From Neocallimastix sp. 'constans' (Eukaryota): a stretch of DNA of 64,000 bases. The notes below the pieces were generated by a model. The model ran no database searches. It saw only the letters and a program-made list of their open reading frames with translations, and was not told the origin of the DNA. The translations under genes and the position numbers were made by a program. Of the stretch, positions 35,892 to 47,061 are shown one piece after another (the first letter of the stretch is position 1; every line of letters starts with the position of its first letter). The stretch is from positions 1-64,000 of the forward strand of contig JBODTK010000115.1 of NCBI GenBank assembly GCA_050613775.1. The letters run 5' to 3'.

Positions 35892-36703
35892 TGTAATAAT
35901 TTCTATAAATTATAGAAATTATTATTTATAATTAATATTAACTAAACTATTAAGATTAATTAAAAAATAAAATAAAAATTAAAATAAAAATAAGAATTTA
36001 ATACTTATCTTTAAAATTAGAGTTTATTATAAGAAAATATAATAGACCTTAAATGAAAAGAGAAATAAAATAAAATATGTTTTTATTAAAAGAACTTTAT
36101 TAATTTATTTTATTATTAAATATTTTATTATTTTTTTTTGACAAATTTTAAAATAACTATTTTATATTAATTGAAATATTAATGTCTTTTATTGTTATTA
36201 TATTTTTCTTAAAATAATAACTCTTGATTTTCTAAAGACGAAAATCAACAGCTATTTATATTTTTTACAAAAGTAAATGGATTTTTCTAATCTTAACAAT
36301 GATTCTTTCCAGAAAAAGATTAGAAGAAAAAACTGGAAAGATTTTTGATCAATAATCTATACTTATTGATCATCGTGTTATTAAATAAAACCAATTATAA
36401 TTAATCGGGAAAACTTTAATAACCGATTTTAATAACTAAAAGAATTAAAAAGAAAAAAGGATAAAAAAGAGAAGGATAAAATAATGCAGAAATTTTATTG
36501 AATACATTTTTTCTATGAAATAATACAGAAGTTATATTAAATACATTTTTTCATATAACAATTAATACATTAATTGGTATAATTGTTTTTAAATGAAATA
36601 AATTTTTAATGAATAATAATTATGAAATAATTATTAATTAATAAGAAATAGAAATAAATTATAAAAATTTATATCAATTTCTTACACAAATTTATTTGAT
36701 AAT

Positions 36704-36750
36704 AGCAGCGTAGCGCAGTGGAAGCGTATGATCGAAATATACCGCTGCTA
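36704..36750 (+). pseudogene. Initiator tRNA-Met-like gene lacking the anticodon arm and variable loop
   Basis: Acceptor AGCAGCG/CGCTGCT+A (A1-U72), D arm GCGC-AGTGGAA-GCGT, T arm GTATG-ATCGAAA-TATAC with the initiator-type T loop; T6 run at 36764-36769; only 47 nt. Confidence 0.88.
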
Positions 36751-36759
36751 GGAAATAAC

Positions 36760-36910
36760 TTTGTTTTTTGAATTATTATATAATTTGATACAATGAATAG
36801 TTGAAATTATGGAAATTATAAAAACAATTAAAATAAAATTTATTGTTTTTATAATTTCCATAATTTCAACTATTCATTGTATCAAATTATATAATAATTC
36901 AAAAAACAAA
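36760..36910. repeat. Perfect inverted repeat, 69-bp arms, 13-nt spacer
   Basis: 36760-36828 is the exact reverse complement of 36842-36910. Confidence 0.92.
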
Positions 36911-38681
36911 TTAAAAATAAAATTATTTAATTAAAAAAAAAGTCTTAAAAAACATGTTTATATAATAAAATATTAATTAAGTAATTATTTCAAAATATAT
37001 AATAATTATTTATAGTTACATGTTTATTATTTATTACTTAAATAATAAATACTTTTTTGATTATTTTCTATTTAACTATTTTTTTTTTTTATGTTTATTT
37101 TTTTTTTTTTTATTTTTATTCTTATTTTTTTTTGCCGCTAAATTAATAAAAAAAAAACGAAAATGTATATAATATAATTTAATATATTTTTAATTAATTT
37201 AATATAATTCTTGCCGTTAACCATTAAAAGAAGTTTAATTATTATTATTTTATTTTATTTTTTTTTTATAAAATTTTTAATAAATAATAAAATAATCAAG
37301 AATAAAGAGAAAAAAAATTATAAAAAATAATATATATGAAAATAAATATAATATATATAAATAAATATAATATGGATTAATATAAATAATATTTATAAAT
37401 AATAAAATTTTTTTTGTATTATTTTCTTTATTTGTTTTTTGGACGGATGATATGAAAAGAAGAAAAAAAAATTATTTAAATTAAAAATAAATTAAATATA
37501 AATTAAATATAAATTAAATTAAAAATAGAATAAAAAATGAAATTGAAACTTTTATTAATTTCTTAATAATAGTACGTATAATAACAACAAAATACCAGAA
37601 GATACAGTAAAAAATAACAAATATAGATATATAAATTTTATAAATTATAAATTTGATATAATAATAAATGTTATATTCTTATATCATCAATAATTAATCG
37701 AATAATAAATAAATAATAAATAAATATAATATAATTCATTTGCAATAATTATAATTAATTCTATTTATTATAATATAATAATAATATAAATATAATAATA
37801 ATATAAATATAAAATAACATTAAGTATAATATAAATGTATAATGTAAATGTATAATAATGTAATGTATAGTAATAATAATAATAATAATAAATAAAGTTT
37901 TAGTACTTCAAATGAAAAACCATAAAAGGAAAAAAAGATTTTTTACATTGACCAAAAATTTATAAATTTGGTTTTTAATTTAAATAAATAAAATAATATG
38001 TGAATAAATAAATAAATAGTATGATTTATAAATAAATAAATAAATAGATAAATAAATAAATAGTATGATTAATAAAATAAATAAATAAATAATTTAATTA
38101 TTTAATTATTAAAAAAAAAAAAAAAAAGAAATAAAAGTGGTACAAAATTTATTTATATTAAATTTTTTTTTTCTTTTTTTAATATTTTATTTTATTATAT
38201 TTTTTTCAATTAAAAGAAAAAACAGTACAACTATCATAAATACAATAAAGAAAAAAAAAAAAAATTTTTGTTTTTAAAAATTAAATTAAATAAATTAAAT
38301 ATTTAATGTATATAAATAATTATCATTTTTCTTCATTTTAACAATTTTCCTTTATTTTCTTTTTTTTTTTTATTTTATTTTATATTTAAATTTAAATTTT
38401 GTAAAATAGTAATAAAAATAGGTTATAAATAATTAAATAAATAAATAAAAAGAATTATTTGTATATACATTATTTATATTTGTATATTTTTATTATAATT
38501 TTTATTAATATATAATAACAATTTGTATAATTCAACCAAATTACATTTTTATTATTACTATAATTTTTTTTTATAACATTATAAATTCTAATATTGAGAT
38601 AAAAAGATATTTAGATAAATAAATAAATAAATAAATAAATAACAGTTAAATAATATTTTAAAAAATTTTTAAATTTAAAAA

Positions 38682-40256
38682 ATGAAATTATTACAAATAA
38701 TTCCATTCTTATTTTCAGTGACATCCACTACACTTGCTCAAAGTTTCTGTAGTGCCACTGGTCACTCAGGTCAAAGTATAAATGTTAATGGTAATAAACT
38801 TGGTAAAATAGGTAATGTTAATTATCAGTTATGGGCTGATAGTGGTAATAATAGAGCTACTTTCTATTCTGATGGTTCTTTCTCTTGTGGTTTCGAGAGA
38901 GCTGGAGATTATTTATGTCGTACTGGTCTTTCCTTTGAGGGTGCAAGAACTCCATCACAAATTGGTCGTATTAAGGCTGATTTTAAAGTGAAAAAAGAAA
39001 GTGTCAGTAATGTTGGTTATTCCTACATTGGTATTTATGGTTGGACTAAAAATCCTCGTGTTGAATGGTATATCGTGGATGACTGGCTTTCAAAGGAAAG
39101 ACCAGGGGATTGGATTGGTAATCAAAAAAAGGGTGACTTTACCATTGATGGTGCTGAATATACTGTTTATAGAAATCAACGTGCAGATCTCACTCAATAT
39201 TTCAGTCTTCGTAAGGTGGGTCGTGATTGTGGTACCATCGATATTTCAGCTCACTTTGATCAATGGGAAAAACTTGGTATGACAATGGGTACCCTGGATG
39301 AAGCTAAAGTTTTAGCTGAAATTGGAAATGGTAACGGTGGGGTCACCGGTACCGTCGATTTCCCTTACGCTAAAGTTTATCTTGGTAATGCTAGTGAAAG
39401 TAGTAGTCCTTCTACTTCTACTACTACTACTCCAGCACAATCTGTTGGTCAAGATCAAACTCAAGGTCAAACTCAAGGTCAAACACAACCACCTGCTCAA
39501 AATGCTCCAACTCAAAACCAACCACCTACTCAAGCACCACCAACTCAAAATGCTCCAACTCAAAACCAACCACCTACTCAAGCTCCATCAACTCAAAATG
39601 TTCCAGTTCAGGCTCCACCCACTCAAGCCCCACCACCACAAAATAATAATGGTGCTGGTAATCCATGGGGTAGTGGTGGCGGTAATCCATTTGATAATGC
39701 AGGCGGAAATCCATGGGGTAACGCTGGAGGTAATCCATTTGGTAACGGAGGAGGTAATCCATTTGGTAACGGAGGAGGTAATCCATTTGGTAACGGAGGT
39801 GGTAACCCATTTGGTAACGGAGGAGGTAATCCATTTGGTAACGGAGGTGGTAACCCATTTGGTAACGGAGGTGGTAACCCATTTGGTAATGGAGGTGGTA
39901 ATCCATCAAATAATGCTGCTCCCGGTGGTGGTAATCCATGGTCTATGTGGGGAAATGGAGGTAATGCACCAGGTTGGCCTACACCAAATAATGCAGCTCC
40001 ATTAAATCCAGGTGGTGCTCCAGGTGCTCCAGGGGGTATCCCTGGTTTTGGTCAAGGTATGGGTCCAGCTCCAATTAAATTTGCTACATCATCAGCGGTT
40101 AACTCTTCCACCAATAATAAATCCGATGGTAAATCCAATGGTAAATGTGCAGCAACTTGGGCTCAATGCGGTGGTGAAGGATTTAAGGGACCAAATTGTT
40201 GTACCAGTGGTAATTGTAAAATCATTAATAAATATTACCATCAATGTAAACCATAA
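38682..40256 (+). CDS. Secreted GH11 xylanase-like protein with low-complexity linker and C-terminal CBM1
   Basis: Signal peptide; GH11 motifs SYIGIYGW, VEWYIVD, GTIDISAHFDQW, EAKVLAE; Q/P/T and GGGNPFGN linker; CBM1 WAQCGGEGFKG...C...C..INKYYHQC. Intronless. Confidence 0.93.
   Translation: MKLLQIIPFLFSVTSTTLAQSFCSATGHSGQSINVNGNKLGKIGNVNYQLWADSGNNRATFYSDGSFSCGFERAGDYLCRTGLSFEGARTPSQIGRIKADFKVKKESVSNVGYSYIGIYGWTKNPRVEWYIVDDWLSKERPGDWIGNQKKGDFTIDGAEYTVYRNQRADLTQYFSLRKVGRDCGTIDISAHFDQWEKLGMTMGTLDEAKVLAEIGNGNGGVTGTVDFPYAKVYLGNASESSSPSTSTTTTPAQSVGQDQTQGQTQGQTQPPAQNAPTQNQPPTQAPPTQNAPTQNQPPTQAPSTQNVPVQAPPTQAPPPQNNNGAGNPWGSGGGNPFDNAGGNPWGNAGGNPFGNGGGNPFGNGGGNPFGNGGGNPFGNGGGNPFGNGGGNPFGNGGGNPFGNGGGNPSNNAAPGGGNPWSMWGNGGNAPGWPTPNNAAPLNPGGAPGAPGGIPGFGQGMGPAPIKFATSSAVNSSTNNKSDGKSNGKCAATWAQCGGEGFKGPNCCTSGNCKIINKYYHQCKP
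39661..39940 (+). repeat. 24-bp coding tandem repeat (GGGNPFGN)n
   Basis: GGTAACGGAGGWGGTAAYCCATTT units; about 7 perfect units plus degenerate NPW/NPF flanks. Confidence 0.92.
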
Positions 40257-40801
40257 ATAAAAATATATATATATATATATATATAAAGTCATAATTTATT
40301 AATAATATAGATAGAGCAATAAATAAATAATATATTTAAGTTTTTTTTTATATATATATATACTTATTATATAAAATAATAATAATAATAATAATAATAA
40401 AAATGTATTATAAATTGAATTAAATTATTTTAAATAAATTTTAATTGTAAATATATTTATTTTAATCTTTTTTTTTTTTTTTTTTTTTTTTTTTTCCTCT
40501 TTTATTATTTATTTATTTTAATTTTATTATTATCATTCCCTTTGTATTAATTTAAATTTAATCTAGTGTAAAAAAATAAATTATACCTATTATGTTATAT
40601 ATGTGTTTGTATATAATATATTTTATAAAAAAAAAAAAAAAATAATATTATAATTTGAGTATTTATTTAAATGAATAAATATTAAAGTAATAATAATAAT
40701 AACAATAAATAATTTCACAAAAATGTAATATATATTCATATATTATAAAAAAACAAAAGATATTAGGAAATCTTTTGATATTAATGGAGTTTAAAATAAC
40801 T

Positions 40802-40832
<31 letters not shown>

Positions 40833-40864
40833 TATATTTTTTTTTCTTTTTTCTTATAAAAATT

Positions 40865-42175
40865 TTGACCTTAAATACCTTGAAATTTGGAAACTAATTT
40901 CCAGTAACGTTCTAAAATATCGTCATATTTCACACATTTTATCTATATATATATATTTTTTTTTAATTTCTTTTTTTACAGTGTTCTTGATTCTTTAGTC
41001 CAAGGAATAATAAGGCATTTTGGGAATAGATTTAATAAGATCCTTTATAATACAGTTAGATTTTACTCCTTTTTTTTTTTTTTTGCAAACGATTTAACTT
41101 ATAAAGCTTTGCAGATGCCAGCAGCAATAAGAGGGGGATGCATAGATCTCGAGATAAAGCATAAGTAACTCATAATAGAATTGTGTCTAAGATAATCATT
41201 GTTTTCTGAATTTGTATATATTTAGAGAAGGAACCGATACACTAAAATAGACCCGTATTAAAATTAATGTTTGAATTCTAGATTTGTTTGAACCAAGTAG
41301 AGGAAGAATAATAAAAAATAGCTTTACTATATAACAAAAGATTGGAGAACATTTTTTTTTTTCTTGTCTACAAATAGGAATAAGTTTATTTGAAAAGAAA
41401 CGTGATAAAATGAAAGAAAGGATTTTCTAACTTTAAAAATGCATGTGAGATATAATGTGATTCTAATAATAAAAGATCATCTGAAAAAGGAATACCTAGA
41501 TTAAATATAACTTAGAAACTTTAGGAATAGCATTCATTCCTAAATAGAAGGTTAGGTCACTATAAATTTGTGGGAAAATTGGAAGTTCATTGGTTTTAAA
41601 AAGCCATAGTTGTACCATATTTTTCAATACCAAAAATTCATTTCATTTTAAATTAGCCCATTTACGTTAACCTTTTTTTATTTTATTTTATTTTTTTTTT
41701 TAATAATTTTTCTTAAAAATTTTTTCTGTACTCGAGAGTCATGAGAAAGCAACATCATCAGCAAAGAGTCCATCACAATACTTTTTTTTTTTTTTTTTCT
41801 TTCAAAACTAACACCATACTTTTTTACAGTTATTTTTTTTTTTTTTTTTTTTAGTGTATCATTAATAAAATAAATTTGAATATGATTGGAGATAATGGAC
41901 AACCTTGACGAACAACTTCTTTTAATAGGAGATAATGGACAACCTTGACGAACAACCTCTTTTAATAGGAAATTCCTTTGATAACATTGAAGCAAAAATC
42001 GAGTACGTGCTTTAGATGAAAGTATATAAATTAACAAAGAAAATCAAAACATTTATAACGAACTCTATAATGATATAATTTAGTAATAATGTTAAATATA
42101 GGAACTGAGTCATAAGCTTTTTTAAAACCTAAAAAGGTCATATATGTGAATTTTCCTAGAATTTCATTAATACAT
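40865..42175 (-). pseudogene. Degenerate non-LTR (LINE) reverse transcriptase fragment
   Basis: Frameshifted motifs FLGFKKAYDSVP, VRQGCPLSP, GLFADDVA, YLGIPFSDDL; a 40-bp tandem duplication at about 41888-41967. Boundaries approximate. Confidence 0.8.
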
Positions 42176-42197
42176 ATTTCAAAAATAAAAATAAAAA

Positions 42198-42242
<45 letters not shown>

Positions 42243-42285
42243 TTCTTAATGAAATCTTAATAAAAATTTCATATCTAAATATTAA

Positions 42286-42320
<35 letters not shown>

Positions 42321-42531
42321 GTAAAAACTTTCAAATCTTTAATTTTCCATTGGATAAAGTAATGAATCATCTTTTTATTTTTAGTTTTATTTTTATTTTT
42401 ATATATTTATTTACTTATTTATTTACATTATTTTATTAGTATATCATTTTAAACTACTCTAAAGTGAAAAAAATAAAAAAATTATTATGAGTATGATTAT
42501 AATTATGACTATGACTATAATTATGATTATG

Positions 42532-42563
<32 letters not shown>

Positions 42564-42610
42564 GACTATGATTATAATTATAATTATATATCTTTTCAGA
42601 ATTTATTAAT

Positions 42611-42644
<34 letters not shown>

Positions 42645-42665
42645 TTATTTTTATTAATAATATTT

Positions 42666-42703
<38 letters not shown>

Positions 42704-42708
42704 ATTAT

Positions 42709-44203
42709 TTAATTTACTGGTAAACTTGGATCTCCAACTTCATTACCATTAAAATGTGGAGTAGATTGTTCAGAAACATTTTTGGGTGGGGTAGGGGATT
42801 CATTTTCCTTAGAATTCTTAGAAGATCCATTAGATCTTTTGGAGCAACAACCTAAAAAAAATAAATATACTATTGAAGGTAATAATTGTATTAATAAATA
42901 AAGAGCTCCATAAAATATCATATTTACACCAGCAGGTTCATCATTTTTGTCTATGTTATTTTTGATAGCATTTATTTCATCCATGGTACATTCTCTCAAT
43001 GTATTATTAACATTTTCATTATTACATGTGTTTCTTTGATAACATAAAACGTTTGTATTTGTTAATTCACATATGCCAATTGGTTTTGAACCAGAAAAAT
43101 TAATAAGTGTTACATTCAATTCAGGATTATTTGAAATATCACTATTAAATATAATTATAATTTAGAAAAAAAAAAAAAATAATTAAAATAAAATAAAAAA
43201 TATTATATATATATATATTTAATATTTAATTATTATTTATATTAAAAAATGATAATATTAATGATATGTATATGGACATTATACATATATTAAATAAGTT
43301 ATATTTTAATTATTTTATATTTATAAAAAAAAATAAATGATTTTAGTTCTTTATTTTTTTTTTTTTTTATTAATTCTTACAAATATTTTAAGTTTTCCAA
43401 TTCGAATATACCATTGTCCATTTCTTTAATATTATTATGAGCTAAATTTCTATATATATATATATATTAAATATTATAATCATATATAAATATTAATATT
43501 AATATTATTAATAATATAAATTTATAAAAAAAATTTTTATTTTTTTTTAAGATTTAACATTTATTTATTGTTTATTATTTTTGTATTTATAATGTAATTA
43601 TTATTTGTATATGTAGTAACAATAGTAGTAGTAGTAGTAGTAGAATAGTAGAAGTAGTAGTAATAATAAAATTAAAATAATAAAAGATTTTTCATTAAAT
43701 TCTTAAGTTTAAATTTATGCATAAAAAAAATAATTAAAAATATAAATAATATTTTATGATAAAAGTCCTTATTTATATATATTATTATTATTATTATTAT
43801 ACATTATTATTATCATTACTATTATCATTACTATTATCATTACTACTACTATTACTATTTTAATATATAGAAAATCTTCTTTTGTGAATTTCTTTTATTA
43901 TATTAAATACTTACAACGTTACTAATAGTTTAAAAAAACTAATCTCAAATGGAATAGCATCAATATTATTATTATCTAATATACTAGAATATTTAGATAT
44001 ATATTTATATAAATAGATGATATTAGTTTCATAATATATATTATATTTATAATTTTTATATTATATATTTATATATATTACAGTTTTTTTATGATAGATG
44101 GAATATTAAAACTATAAAATATTCCCGTACTAAATTCATTATTTGAAGCAATACTATTTTAATACATTATAAAATTAATATATAATTATTATTATTATTA
44201 TTA

Positions 44204-44235
<32 letters not shown>

Positions 44236-45364
44236 TTTGTTTTTATTTTATTACATTAAATAAATTACAATGATTATTTTTTTAATAAAAAAATAAAATA
44301 AAATAAATAGTTATTATATATATATAAAGTACATATTGAATAAATAAAATAAAATAAATAGTTGAAATATAAATATATAGTACATATTGAATAAAATAAA
44401 AAGTTGAAACATAAATATAAATTACATTTTGAATAAAATAAAAAGTTGAAAAAAAAAATATAAAGTATATATTGAATAAATTAAAAAGTTGAAACACATA
44501 AATATAAAGTATATATTGAATAAAATAAAATAAAATAATACTTACAACTCTTTTAATTCATAATTATTTGAATCATTAATTATGGAAGTAAATTTATTAT
44601 TTCTAATATTTCTATTAAAGTTAAAATAAAATAAAATATTTATATTTAATTAATATTTCATATGTCAAAATAATTAAAAATAAAATATAAAATATATATA
44701 TATATATAAACTGTTTTAATAATCACAAGACTTTAACATATTCTGGAATAGCTAATTCACCTTTCATATTATTATTTTGAAGAGAACTAATATTTTATTT
44801 ATTATTATATTAGATATTCATTTAAGAGAATAATATAAAAAATAGTTTTTATACAATTTAAACTTTATTTAAATTTAAAATATTTACAGTATTTCCAGAT
44901 TAATAAAATTTTTATTTATAAAATCATTATTTAATGTTCCAGTAATATTATTATTATCTAAATTTCTATATATATATATAAATGACAAAATATAGAGATT
45001 TATATGTTAAATGTTTACAATCTACATATATATGTTAAAATAATAATTTTATAAATATAACCATATATTTAAAATATATTTACAATAAATTTAAATTAAT
45101 AATATTTTTTAATTGGTACGGAAAACTTTTAATTTGATTATCATTTAAATAGCTATTAAATAATATTATTCAATATATATATATATTATTAATCATTTCT
45201 ACATTATTATTATCATTATTACTAATTATTATATCAATTTATATGCATACATTTCTTCCAAAATATTATTAACATCGATATCTTCTGGAAGTTGACTAAT
45301 ATTTGAATTTGATACAACCCTTAAATTTTGTATAAAAATGATATTGTGAAATTTAATTTTTAAC

Positions 45365-45400
<36 letters not shown>

Positions 45401-45941
45401 ATCTTATTTATTTAATAAAATAAAATAATATATATATTTACAATGTTTTAATAGGTAATTGGAATAATTTTTTTGGTAAACTACCTTGAAATGCATCTCC
45501 CTTAATCGAACTTTTGTTTATATATAAAAAAAAAATAATAATATAAAGAAAATTACCATTTAATAATTAAATATATAAATATATAAAACAATGTATGTAT
45601 AAATACATATTACAGTTTTTCAAGGTTATTAAATTCTGGAAATTGTTCAAAATTAATATTTCCCGAATCAAGTGTTATTTCACTATTTACCATTATAATT
45701 TTATTTATTAATTTATTTACTTATTAGAATTAAGTAATTTTTAATAATTTTTATATTATTGTAATATTTACATAGAAGTTATTTTATTATTAGTACAAGT
45801 AATTCCTTTTTCTTTACAACAATCTTCATCCATTGTAAATCCATTTTGCTTCATGAAATTTACTAGAAAATTACATTCATCTATAGTTTTAGAGTAAACC
45901 AAAATTAAATTGATAAATACTAAAAATAATGTATTACATTT

Positions 45942-45944
<3 letters not shown>
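42709..45944 (-). CDS. 12-exon LRR receptor-like type I membrane protein
   Basis: ATG 45944 with signal peptide and Cys cap (MKCNTLFLVF...DCCKEKGITC). Ten internal 60-78 nt GT-AG exons each carry one LRR (e.g. YLNDNQIKSFPYQL, NLDNNNITGTL, NLAHNNIKEM). The last exon (about 43142-42709) has a Cys cap, TM helix and short tail. Confidence 0.85.
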
Positions 45945-45982
<38 letters not shown>

Positions 45983-47061
45983 AATTGTTTTATTTTATTT
46001 CTTTTTTATTTTATATATATTGTTTTTTAACTTTTAATTTTATACTTGTATAATATATTTTCTTCATTTAATAATTATTTTTGCAATAAATTTATTTTTA
46101 TTATTTTTTTTTTAATTTTATTTATGATGAAATTATTTATATATACTTATATATTTTTATTAAAATTATTAAATTAATTTTTAATAATATATTAAAATTA
46201 AAAAAAAAAAAAATTAGTTTGTAAAATTAATATATTAATTTTTATTTTTATTAATATGAATTTAAATAATAAATTATAGTTAACTTTTAAATTTTATTTT
46301 AATTTATTCATTTATTATTACTTTTTTTTTATTTATTTTATTTTAATTTTCGATTTTATTTATTTATTTATTTTATTTTTTTTTGTTCTTTTTTTTTTCA
46401 AAAATTTTAAATAATAAGGAATTCTTCCATATTTATATATGAATTTCAATGTAAAATATTTAAAATATAAAAACTAAATATTGAAATATAATAAAATATA
46501 ATAAAATATAATAAAATATAATGAAATATAATGAAATATAATATTAATTAATTTTATATATAAATATATTTATTAATATATTTTATTATATTCTTTTTTT
46601 CATTTTTTTTCCAATTTTTTAATATATAATAGAATATTCTATTTACTTCAGTATTATTTATTGACTATTGTTCATAATATATTAAATATATTGGATTATA
46701 TACTAATATATGTAGTTTAGTAATAAAATATATTAAATATATAAAATTTTTAATTAAAATTTATTTTATTAATAATTAAAATTTTTTTTTTATTTTTCCT
46801 TTTTTCTTTTTTTTTATTTAAATTTTATTAATATAAATTTATTATTTATAGAATATAAATAAATGGTTAACAAAGATTTAAAGTACAGAGAAAATTACAT
46901 GTATTTATATTTAATTGTGGCTTGTTATAGATACATATTAATTTATATTTAATTTATAATTACAATGTATTTAATATAATTTAATTTAATATTTTATTAA
47001 ACCTAAGCTAGAATATAACTTTATATTAATAAAGTTAACACTCCCCCTCAAATTAAATTTT

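Larger units (their letters stand above)
30206..36686 (-). mobile_element. Full-length Tf1/sushi-like Ty3/gypsy element D, TSD CAAA
   Basis: Near-identical LTRs 30206-31003 and 35892-36686; CAAA at 30202-30205 and 36687-36690; PPT AAGGAGG near 31009-31015 on the minus strand; gag and pol inside. Confidence 0.95.

Noticed and set aside
39001..40292. Alternative-frame and antisense ORFs in the xylanase gene (e.g. YQMGYHLR repeats)
   Set aside because: Shadows of the stop-poor 24-bp coding repeat.
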